The notes under the pieces are model-generated. The model searched no databases, was not told the origin of the DNA, and saw nothing but the letters and a program-made list of their open reading frames with translations. Below, in pieces: positions 56,458-64,000 of a stretch of 64,000 nucleotides of DNA. The number at the start of each line of letters is the position of its first letter. Position 1 is the stretch's first letter. The stretch comes from Ignavibacteriales bacterium (lineage in GTDB: Bacteria; Bacteroidota; Ignavibacteria; Ignavibacteriales; DAOSCP01), in contig DAOSVM010000001.1 of assembly GCA_035379625.1 (NCBI GenBank), forward strand, positions 159,600-223,599, read 5' to 3'. Position numbers and translations under genes: made by a program.

Positions 56458-58872
56458 ATGAAAATTTTGAAATTTGGCGGGACTTCCGTAGGAACAATCG
56501 AAGGATTAACTAATATAATTACAATTTCGAAGAATTTATATCAAAATAATGAAAAATTTTGGCTTGTTTGTTCAGCTTTTACAACAGTAACGGATAAATT
56601 ATTGAAATGTTCTGAACTTGCTGAAAAAGGTAATAATTTTGAATCAGTTTTTAACGAATTAAAAGATATTCATTCTATTTTTATTGAAAAATTTATAAAA
56701 AATTCTTTAAACATAAAAAAAACTGTTGAAAATGAAATTAATGATTTATATAAACTATTAAATGGTGTTTATTTATTAAAAGAATTATCACCAAGAACAA
56801 AAGATATAATTTTAAGTTATGGTGAGAGGTTATCTTGTCAAATTATTACAAATATATTACAAGAAAATGACCTACCAGTAGATTATGTAGATGCAAGGAA
56901 TATTATTATTACAGATGATAAGTTTGGTTCAGCAAATGTATTATATGAAAAAACAGCCGAAAATATTAAAACCAAACTTCTTTTTGATAATAATATAAAA
57001 GTAATTACCGGGTTTATTGCTTCTACTGAAAATGGTGATACAACAACATTAGGAAGAGGAGGGTCTGATTTTACGGCTTCTATAATAGGTGCAATAATTA
57101 ATGCAGATGAAATTCAGATTTGGACTGATGTTGATGGAATTCTTACTGCAGATCCGAGAAAAGTAAAAAATGCACAACCATTAAAAGCTGTTACATATCA
57201 AGAAGCTATGGAGATGTCATATTTCGGAGCAAAAGTAATATATAGCCCTACTATATTACCAGCTTTACAAAAAAATATTAAAATTCGTATAAAAAATACT
57301 TTTAATCCTTCTTTTCCAGGAACAGTAATTTTACCAAGGGAAAAGGGAATTAACTTTACTTTCAAATCTATTTCATCAATTTCAAATATAGCTGTGATTA
57401 GATTTAGTAGTAATTTAAAGAACGATGAAGCTAAATTACTCGACGAATTAAAAAAGAATGATATTGAAATATTAATTTATGGTCAAGCTTCGTCAGAAAA
57501 AAATACTTTATTTGCTATTTATCATAAAGATATTAAAAAATCTGAAAAAATTGCAAATGAATTATTGGGCAAAAATAATTTTAAGATAAAAGATAATTTA
57601 GCATTGATTGTAATTGTTGCTGAAGATATAATTGATACTCCAGGTGTTTCAGGAAGAGTTTTTAGCGCTCTTGGGAAAAATGCAATCAATGTGCAAGGGG
57701 CTATTTTAGGCTCATCTGAAACAAATATTTCTATTATTATAGACCAAAAAGATGAGCAAAAAGCAATTAATGCGCTTCACGATTCATTATTTGTAAGTGA
57801 TTATAGTGTTGCAAATCTTTTCCTTTTTGGGCCTGGTTTAGTTGGAAAAGAATTGCTTAATGTAATAGCCGATAGAGCAAATAATTTATTTGAAACTAAA
57901 AAAATCAAGTTAAATTTAGCTGGTATAGCTAATTCAAAATACTATTTTTTAAACAAAAATGGTATAGATATTAAAAATTGGCAAGTTGAGATACAAAACG
58001 GATATCCAAGTAATATTAATAATTTTGTAAATGATATAATAAAATTAAATTTAGAAAATAGTATATTTATTGATTGTTCAGGTATTACAGAAATTATACA
58101 ATATTATCCAAAGCTATTAAAATCATCAATAGCTATTGTTACTCCGTCGAAGCTTGCTAATTCGCAAGATATTGAATTTTATCAGTCTCTGAGGAATATT
58201 GCTTATCAAAACAATACTGTATTTAGATATAGTGCTAATGTTGGTGCTGCATTGCCAATTATAAATACTATTAAAGATTTAGTTATTAGTGGAGATAAAA
58301 TAAATAAGATAGAGGGTATTCTTTCTGGTACATTAAGTTATTTGTTCAATGAATTTATTTCATCAAATTTAAAATTTAGCGAATTAATTAAAAAAGCTAA
58401 AGAACTTGGTTATACCGAGCCTGATCCAAGAGATGATTTAAATGGTTTAGATGTTGCACGGAAAATACTAATTTTAGCACGAGAAACAGGAAGTAAATTA
58501 AATCTTCAAGATGTAGAAATCGAAAATCTTGTGCCAGAAAAATTAAGAAATATTGTATCAGTTGATGAATTTCTTAAAAAAATTGCAGATTATGATGAAT
58601 ATTTTAATAACATTAAAGATGAAGCTATTAAGAACAATCAAAAGCTTTGTTATATAGCAAAATATGAAAATAATAAGGCGGTTGTAAGTTTAGAAAAAGT
58701 TAGTTCGGAGCATCCATTTTATAATATTAGCGGAAATAATGCCATTGTAGCAATATATTCTGATAATTATAATAATAAACCATTAGTTATTAGTGGTGCA
58801 GGAGCAGGGGCAAAATTAACATCAGTAGGGGTATTTTCTGATATTTTAAGAGTTGTTGATTATTTAATTTAA
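56458..58872 (+). CDS. thrA: Bifunctional aspartokinase / homoserine dehydrogenase
   Basis: 804 aa. 'ILKFGGTSVG', 'GRGGSDFTA' and 'WTDVDGILTADPR' (aspartokinase), then an ACT region. The C-terminal part has 'LFGPGLVGKEL' (NAD site) and 'GYTEPDPRDDLNGLDVARK' (homoserine dehydrogenase). Confidence 0.9.
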   Translation: MKILKFGGTSVGTIEGLTNIITISKNLYQNNEKFWLVCSAFTTVTDKLLKCSELAEKGNNFESVFNELKDIHSIFIEKFIKNSLNIKKTVENEINDLYKLLNGVYLLKELSPRTKDIILSYGERLSCQIITNILQENDLPVDYVDARNIIITDDKFGSANVLYEKTAENIKTKLLFDNNIKVITGFIASTENGDTTTLGRGGSDFTASIIGAIINADEIQIWTDVDGILTADPRKVKNAQPLKAVTYQEAMEMSYFGAKVIYSPTILPALQKNIKIRIKNTFNPSFPGTVILPREKGINFTFKSISSISNIAVIRFSSNLKNDEAKLLDELKKNDIEILIYGQASSEKNTLFAIYHKDIKKSEKIANELLGKNNFKIKDNLALIVIVAEDIIDTPGVSGRVFSALGKNAINVQGAILGSSETNISIIIDQKDEQKAINALHDSLFVSDYSVANLFLFGPGLVGKELLNVIADRANNLFETKKIKLNLAGIANSKYYFLNKNGIDIKNWQVEIQNGYPSNINNFVNDIIKLNLENSIFIDCSGITEIIQYYPKLLKSSIAIVTPSKLANSQDIEFYQSLRNIAYQNNTVFRYSANVGAALPIINTIKDLVISGDKINKIEGILSGTLSYLFNEFISSNLKFSELIKKAKELGYTEPDPRDDLNGLDVARKILILARETGSKLNLQDVEIENLVPEKLRNIVSVDEFLKKIADYDEYFNNIKDEAIKNNQKLCYIAKYENNKAVVSLEKVSSEHPFYNISGNNAIVAIYSDNYNNKPLVISGAGAGAKLTSVGVFSDILRVVDYLI

Positions 58873-58917
58873 TTTAATTATTTTATATTGCAAATACAAT
58901 TTATTTTCGGGGGATTT

Positions 58918-60576
58918 ATGCGATTTTTTTTTATGTTAATTTTATCGAGCTTTTTGTTTGCTCAGAGCAATATTGTTTGGAATGATATCACCAACAACTA
59001 TCCGAGTCTTCCAAAGGGTGTTAAACTTTATAAAGGGACTCGTTCTTCTCCGCTTTTAATAGCATATTATTTAGATGTCGATATGAATGAACCAAATATA
59101 GCTGTAAGGCCATATATAATCAGTAATGGTATAAAAAAAGGGATTACTAGTTTTACTTCATCTGTTGGGGCATATGCAGCTATTAATGGTGGCTATTTTG
59201 GTGGGAGTGAATCTTATTCGGCTTGCATATATCCTGGTGAGGTAAAAGCTCAAAATATATCATCAGTAACGCGAGATGGAAAAGTTTTTCCTGTTTCAAG
59301 AGCTTTTTTTGGTGTAAAGTCTAATAAAAAAAGTAGTTGTGAATGGATATATCATTTTGGAAGTACTATTAATGATGTATGGAAACTAAATCAACCGACT
59401 GATAATCCTTCTTCATCGAGTGGAAATCCTGCGCCAATACCTACAAAAAATGATGGTAAAAAATTTGATAGTCTTTTTGTTGGTATTGGTGGGGGACCAA
59501 TGCTAATAAAAAATGGAAATATAAATATTACATTCAATCAAGAAGTATTTTGGGGCTCTGGGGTAAGTAGGGATATACAGGATCCAAGAACAGCTCTTGG
59601 TTATACCAATAATAATCACATTATTATGTTTGTTGCTGACGGCAGAAGTAATTTAAGTTACGGCGTAACAATAGATGAATTAGCAACGATTATGAAATCT
59701 TTAGGTTGTGTAGAGGCTATTAATTTGGATGGTGGGGGCTCAACTCAAATGGCTGTAGGGAGTAATCTTGTTAACGCTCCAAGTGATGGTACGGAAAGAC
59801 CACTTGTAACAATTTTTGCAGTAACTCTTTCAGATTCCGCTAAATTTCCTAAGTCATACACTTGGGAAGAAATTATTGATAATGATAAAAATGACCAACG
59901 TTTTCAATTAGTTGGTAGTTGGATAACAACAGCTAATAGCGGTTATTATGGTACAACTGTAGCAAATATTAAAACTGCTGGAGATGGTTCATCAAATGCA
60001 CAATATAATGTATCTCCAGTTGTTGCAGGCAAATATGATGTTTTTGGATGGTGGGTTGCTTCTTCTAACCGCAGTAAAAAAACACCTTATATTATATTTC
60101 ATAATAACAAATATGATACTGTTTATGCTGATCAGTCTGTTAATAATGGAATGTGGGTAAAATTGGGTACTTTCGATTTTTCTGCTGGCTCAGGACAGTA
60201 TATTAAAATTTCTGACAAAGCACCTAACTCGGCTAGTTTATATGTGGTTGCTGATGCGATTAGAATTGCAACTTATGAAAATATTGTTTCAATAGAGAAT
60301 AAGAGTAATTCTATTAATTATTTATTAGCTAAAAATTATCCAAATCCTTTTAATCCTAGTACAAATATTTTTTATACATTACCGACAAATTCTAGAGTTA
60401 GCATTAAAATTTATAATTTATTGGGGAATTTAATTTCAACAGTTGTAGATGAATACCAAAGTTCTGGAAATTATTCATACAGTTTTGATGCTTCTAATTT
60501 ACCAGCTGGTATATATTTTGCTAAAATTACCGCTAATAATAATACAAAAATATTGAAGATGCAGCTTATTAAATAA
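58918..60576 (+). CDS. Secreted phosphodiester glycosidase family (DUF2233/NAGPA-like) protein with T9SS CTD
   Basis: Start at ATG 58918 (MRFFFMLILSSFLFAQ signal); the ORF track has TTG 58888. 'GGGPMLIKNG', 'PRTALGYT', 'MFVADGR' and 'AINLDGGGST' are family motifs. C-terminal 'AKNYPNPFNPSTNIFYTLP...GIYFAKI' is the CTD. Confidence 0.8.
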   Translation: MRFFFMLILSSFLFAQSNIVWNDITNNYPSLPKGVKLYKGTRSSPLLIAYYLDVDMNEPNIAVRPYIISNGIKKGITSFTSSVGAYAAINGGYFGGSESYSACIYPGEVKAQNISSVTRDGKVFPVSRAFFGVKSNKKSSCEWIYHFGSTINDVWKLNQPTDNPSSSSGNPAPIPTKNDGKKFDSLFVGIGGGPMLIKNGNINITFNQEVFWGSGVSRDIQDPRTALGYTNNNHIIMFVADGRSNLSYGVTIDELATIMKSLGCVEAINLDGGGSTQMAVGSNLVNAPSDGTERPLVTIFAVTLSDSAKFPKSYTWEEIIDNDKNDQRFQLVGSWITTANSGYYGTTVANIKTAGDGSSNAQYNVSPVVAGKYDVFGWWVASSNRSKKTPYIIFHNNKYDTVYADQSVNNGMWVKLGTFDFSAGSGQYIKISDKAPNSASLYVVADAIRIATYENIVSIENKSNSINYLLAKNYPNPFNPSTNIFYTLPTNSRVSIKIYNLLGNLISTVVDEYQSSGNYSYSFDASNLPAGIYFAKITANNNTKILKMQLIK

Positions 60577-60742
60577 AAGCTAAATTAGGCTATCTGAAAG
60601 TTTTAAAAAAATATTTGATATTTACTTTTTAAATAGCTTCTTTATATTGTATTAAATATGTGTTTAACTAGATGTTTGTAAATAGAATATATAAATTTAT
60701 AATATTTTTGTGAAATCAGAGAAGCAATGAAAAAGAATTTTT

Positions 60743-60804
60743 GGGCGTTAGCCCGCCCGTGCGCCGTACGGCGCACGGACTTTATGCTTATACCGTCTGA
60801 GCTA
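60743..60804 (-). repeat. Truncated copy S1 of the repeat family (module A plus terminus; possible decayed core remnant back to about 60637)
   Basis: GGGCGTTAGCCCGCCCGTGCGCC-GTAC-GGCGCACGGAC TTTATGCTTATACCGTCTGAGCTA. The hairpin is at 60755-60780 and the terminus at 60786-60804. The terminus lies 9 nt from the cyclase stop codon. Upstream 'TTGTAAATAGAATATATAAATTT' and 'TATATTGTA' resemble core iteron sequence. Confidence 0.8.
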
Positions 60805-60813
60805 AATATAGTA

Positions 60814-62637
60814 TTATGATGAGCTATTTTCTGTTTCTAAAAAGAACATTTTAAGCTTACCTTTACCTTTTACAGAAATTTCCCCCCTGTCATCAAAGTT
60901 ATATTTATTTTCTAATATCTTTTTCGTTGCTTCTGAAACATTTATTTTGAAGGGAAGACTTGAGTTTTCTAATCTTGAAGCGACATTAACTGTATCGCCC
61001 CAAATGTCATATGTTAATTGTGTTTTACCAATGATACCTGCAGAAATAACTCCACTATGTAAACCTGAACGTACTTCCCATTTAATTTGGGCTTCTTTGT
61101 TATTTATTTTGAGATATTCGAATATTTCTAATGCTACTTTTACTAATCTTTCTGCGTGGTCATCGCACTCATAAGGAAAACCGGCACCTATCATATAAGA
61201 GTCGCCAATGGCTTTAACTTTCACGCAATTGTGTTTTAAAATAATTTGATCGAAAACTGAATATATTCTTGATAATTCTTCTACTAATGTTTTAGGTGAT
61301 AGTTTAGACGCTATATTTGTAAATCCTACAAAATCAATAAACATAATGCTTACATTTTCATATATTTTTGGTTCTATATATTCTTTTTTTCTTAATTCGT
61401 CAGCAATTACCAATGGGAAAACGCTGTTTAGTAAATTATCTGCTCTTTGTTTTTCTTGATTGATTATTGAATTTTTTCTTTCAATTAATTCATTTTTTTC
61501 TTCTAACTCTTTATTTTTCTTTTGAATTATTTTATTTTTATGCAAAATATAGACTACAACTAAGCCAAAAATTACTAATAATGAAATAAGAAAATATTTT
61601 ATTAACTTTTCTCTTTCACGTTCTAAATTTTCAATTCTTCTTTGTTTTTCTTTTTCAAATTCATCTAAAACGTTAAAAACACCTACTAAGTTAGCTCTTG
61701 CATCGAGTGAATCCATTCCTAAAGTAAATTTTTTGCTATATACTAAAGCGCTATCGTACATTTTATTTTTTTCATATAAATGCATTAATTTCATAGAAAT
61801 ATTGGAAAAATCATCCCAGAAGGCTATTTTATAACTTATATTTAATGCTTTTTTGTAATATATTAAAGCTTTGTTAAAATTATTTAATTCATTAAAATAA
61901 TCACCATAATGCATATAAAATGCAACAGCAAAACCTAAATTTTTTTCTAGATTTCCTGCTGTTTGTTCGGAGAGTTTTAGGTAAACGAAGGCAAAATCAT
62001 ATTTTTTTTCATTAAGATAAATTCTTGCACTATTTAAAAAGGCTTTAGCAATTCCAATACTATCTTTCTCAACTTTTCTAATATTATACATTAAGTTATT
62101 AAAGTATTTAGCTTTATTATAATTAGCCAATTTCAAATGAGTTAATACAAGACTATTATATACATAACTCATACCTTTTTGAAAATTTATTTTTGAAAAT
62201 ATTTTTAGAGCTTCATTTAAATTTTCTAAAGACTTTTGAAATTCATTGATATAATAAAAATTAGCTCCTAAATTATTAAAAGCATATCCTAATTGTATAC
62301 TATCATTAAAATAATCGGCTTTATCTCTTGCCATAACAAAATATTTAGCAGCAATGGAATTTCTGACAAGCCCCATATATACAACGCCAATATAATTATA
62401 TAACTCCGGTAACTCTCTTAATAATTGATATTCTGTAATTAATTCTAAAGCTTTATAACCATATTTAAGGGCAAGTTTTGGATCTTTTGCGCGGTATTCC
62501 CAGGTAAGTTTTTTTAAGATTTTTATAGTGTCGTATTTTTTATCTACTTTTTGTTTTTCGAAACCATTCGCAAAGGTAGAAGAGCATAATAAAATTAGAA
62601 TAATTAAGATTTTGTATATTTTATTTAAATTTAACAT
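60814..62637 (-). CDS. Membrane-anchored TPR-repeat class III adenylate/guanylate cyclase
   Basis: 607 aa. Signal/anchor, TPR-like repeats, a coiled coil, one TM ('LISLLVIFGLVVVYIL'), then the cyclase domain 'VSIMFIDFVGFT...KAIGDSYMIGAG...IWGDTVNVASRLE'. Confidence 0.85.
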   Translation of the reverse strand: MLNLNKIYKILIILILLCSSTFANGFEKQKVDKKYDTIKILKKLTWEYRAKDPKLALKYGYKALELITEYQLLRELPELYNYIGVVYMGLVRNSIAAKYFVMARDKADYFNDSIQLGYAFNNLGANFYYINEFQKSLENLNEALKIFSKINFQKGMSYVYNSLVLTHLKLANYNKAKYFNNLMYNIRKVEKDSIGIAKAFLNSARIYLNEKKYDFAFVYLKLSEQTAGNLEKNLGFAVAFYMHYGDYFNELNNFNKALIYYKKALNISYKIAFWDDFSNISMKLMHLYEKNKMYDSALVYSKKFTLGMDSLDARANLVGVFNVLDEFEKEKQRRIENLEREREKLIKYFLISLLVIFGLVVVYILHKNKIIQKKNKELEEKNELIERKNSIINQEKQRADNLLNSVFPLVIADELRKKEYIEPKIYENVSIMFIDFVGFTNIASKLSPKTLVEELSRIYSVFDQIILKHNCVKVKAIGDSYMIGAGFPYECDDHAERLVKVALEIFEYLKINNKEAQIKWEVRSGLHSGVISAGIIGKTQLTYDIWGDTVNVASRLENSSLPFKINVSEATKKILENKYNFDDRGEISVKGKGKLKMFFLETENSSS

Positions 62638-62644
62638 ACTATTT

Positions 62645-63640
62645 TTAGCTTATTCTACTTTTGCGCAAAAAATAGATAAAAATTGGTGAACCTAAAAACG
62701 CAGTTATTGCGCCAACAGGAATTTCGGCTGGAGCCATTACAGTTCTACCAATTGTATCAGCCACCGTCAAATAAATTGCACCTATTAAAAACGAATAAGG
62801 TAATACTTTTCTATTGTCAACACCATAAATTAACCTTGTAAAATGCGGAACAACCAATCCAACAAAACCAATTATTCCACTCAAAGAAACCAACACAGCC
62901 ACCATTATAGAAGATAAAATAATTAAAATATATTTAACTTGCAAATAATTTATACCTAAATATTTAGCATTATCTTCTCCTAAAGCTAATAAATTAAGTT
63001 TATAGCCGTAAAAACTTAAAAAAATTGAAATAATAATTGTAAAAATCAACACATAATCGGCATATTGCATATCTGCAAGAGCTAAATTCCCAATTAACCA
63101 GAAATAAGCATTTTTTGCAGTTTCGTGGGCCATACTAATAATAATCAAAATCATAGCAGAAAGGAAAGACGAAATCATAATTCCAATAAGCAACATCGAT
63201 TCATTTTGTAATGTTAATAATTTGCGAGCTAAAACAAAAGTAAACAAAGTAACAACCAAAGCCCCTGTAAAAGCAAACAAATTTATAAAAAATAAATTAA
63301 AACCTAAAACAATACCAACGACAGTTCCCAAAGCAGCACCACTCGAAATACCTAAAACGTAAGGTTCGGCGAGTGGATTCATAAAAATGCCTTGAAAAAT
63401 AGCGCCCACAATTGAAAGCCCGCCGCCAACGGCAATAGCTATAAAAATACGTGGAAGTCTCAAATTTAAAATAATACTTCTTTTAATATCATCCACTTGG
63501 CCAAATAAAGTAGAATACAAATCGAAAAAACTAATATCAGCACTGCCAGTTTTCAAACAGCAAATTATTGCTGCAATCAACAATAAAAAAAGGAATAATA
63601 AATTCAAAAAAAATACCTTAAAATTGAAATTATTCTGCAT
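62645..63640 (-). CDS. FecCD-family iron-chelate/B12-type ABC transporter permease
   Basis: 331 aa with about 9-10 TM segments. 'LRLPRIFIAIAVGGGLSIVGAIFQGIFMNPLAEPYVLGISSGAALG' is the classic FecCD/BtuC motif. No ATPase or binding-protein gene is adjacent. Confidence 0.9.
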   Translation of the reverse strand: MQNNFNFKVFFLNLLFLFLLLIAAIICCLKTGSADISFFDLYSTLFGQVDDIKRSIILNLRLPRIFIAIAVGGGLSIVGAIFQGIFMNPLAEPYVLGISSGAALGTVVGIVLGFNLFFINLFAFTGALVVTLFTFVLARKLLTLQNESMLLIGIMISSFLSAMILIIISMAHETAKNAYFWLIGNLALADMQYADYVLIFTIIISIFLSFYGYKLNLLALGEDNAKYLGINYLQVKYILIILSSIMVAVLVSLSGIIGFVGLVVPHFTRLIYGVDNRKVLPYSFLIGAIYLTVADTIGRTVMAPAEIPVGAITAFLGSPIFIYFLRKSRIS

Positions 63641-63669
63641 TTGCTTTATAAATAATTATAAAAATATAT

Positions 63670-63735
63670 TAGCTCAGACGGTGTAAGCATAAAGCCCGTG
63701 CGCTGTGCGGCGCACGGGCGGGCTAACGCCCAAAA
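63670..63735 (+). repeat. Truncated copy S2 of the repeat family (terminus plus module A)
   Basis: TAGCTCAGACGGTGTAAGCATAAAGCCCGTGCGC-TGTGCG-GCGCACGGGCGGGCTAACGCCCAAAA, with the hairpin at 63694-63719. A near-iteron, TACAACATAATTGGA, follows at 63756-63770. It sits between the obg stop and the permease start. Confidence 0.8.
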
Positions 63736-63778
63736 TTTTTCCAATAAAGAAGATATACAACATAATTGGATATATCTT

Positions 63779-64000
63779 TTAGTAATTTTCCAAACTATTT
63801 AATCTTTCCCAAAGATAATCTATTAAATCTTTAACACCTATACCTGCAACAGATGACAAATAAAAAATAGGCCCATCATAACCATCAATTTTAATCTTTT
63901 TTATATCATTTAATACATCTTCTGTTAAAGCATCAATTTTTGTAAAAGCTAAAACAAAAGGTTTTTTACTCATTTCTTCTGAATAAGTTAATAATTCTTT
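63779..64000 (-). CDS. obg: GTPase Obg, C-terminal part (5' end lies beyond the window)
   Basis: 'KPFVLAFTKIDAL' (NKxD-equivalent region) and 'YLSSVAGIGVKDLIDYL' (SA.tg.G...L) match the end of the Obg G-domain. The reading frame is open to the window edge. Confidence 0.75.
   Translation of the reverse strand, partial: KELLTYSEEMSKKPFVLAFTKIDALTEDVLNDIKKIKIDGYDGPIFYLSSVAGIGVKDLIDYLWERLNSLENY

Noticed and set aside
60743-63735. S1 and S2 plus the two enclosed genes could form a composite transposon.
   Set aside because: The conserved TIR termini point inward toward the genes rather than outward. Both copies are the same truncated half (module A), and no transposase or target-site duplication is visible. 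It is kept only as a rearrangement hypothesis in the findings.

Overview
Strongly AT-rich (by eye roughly 30% G+C, not computed) 64-kb chromosomal window from a diderm FCB-group bacterium. It looks Ignavibacteriota/Bacteroidota-like: four secreted proteins end in T9SS C-terminal sorting domains (three with 'YPNPF', one with the variant 'FPNPL'), and BamD, an LptF/G permease and a PorV/Q-like barrel are present. I support about 48 tightly packed CDS. They comprise: rpsA-ispH-cmk; a 1717-aa peptidase-C25-like T9SS cargo; a 7.4-kb glycosyltransferase/Wzx polysaccharide locus; rnhB-yraN; a RR(HDOD)-HK-RR(degenerate HD-GYP) operon; lptF/G, an FmdB zinc ribbon and sixA; a 4-subunit 2-oxoacid:ferredoxin oxidoreductase; a Trx-TrxR fusion plus a radical-SAM/SPASM enzyme; an MFS sugar permease; two HK/NtrC-type (sigma54) pairs; an OM lipoprotein plus barrel pair; bamD; rsgA; a GH57-like hydrolase; a metY-metX-AK/HSD operon behind a candidate SAM-II-like riboswitch with a terminator/antiterminator; a phosphodiester glycosidase; a TPR class III cyclase; a lone FecCD permease; and partial obg. 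I found no rRNA, tRNA, CRISPR array, cas gene, transposase or integrase. The most unusual content is non-coding. A 550-600 bp repeat family occurs as 3 full copies (26370-26970, 37731-38282, 48569-49138) and 2 truncated copies (about 60743-60804 and 63670-63735). Each full copy has 19-bp terminal inverted repeats, GC-rich subterminal hairpins, and an AT-rich core with TACAAT-N3-ATTGTA palindromes phased exactly 55 bp apart. I do not recognise it as a described element; it may be a MITE-like element, a structured RNA, or a protein-binding array. All motif coordinates were counted by hand, and all homology statements rest on recognised sequence motifs, not on database searches.
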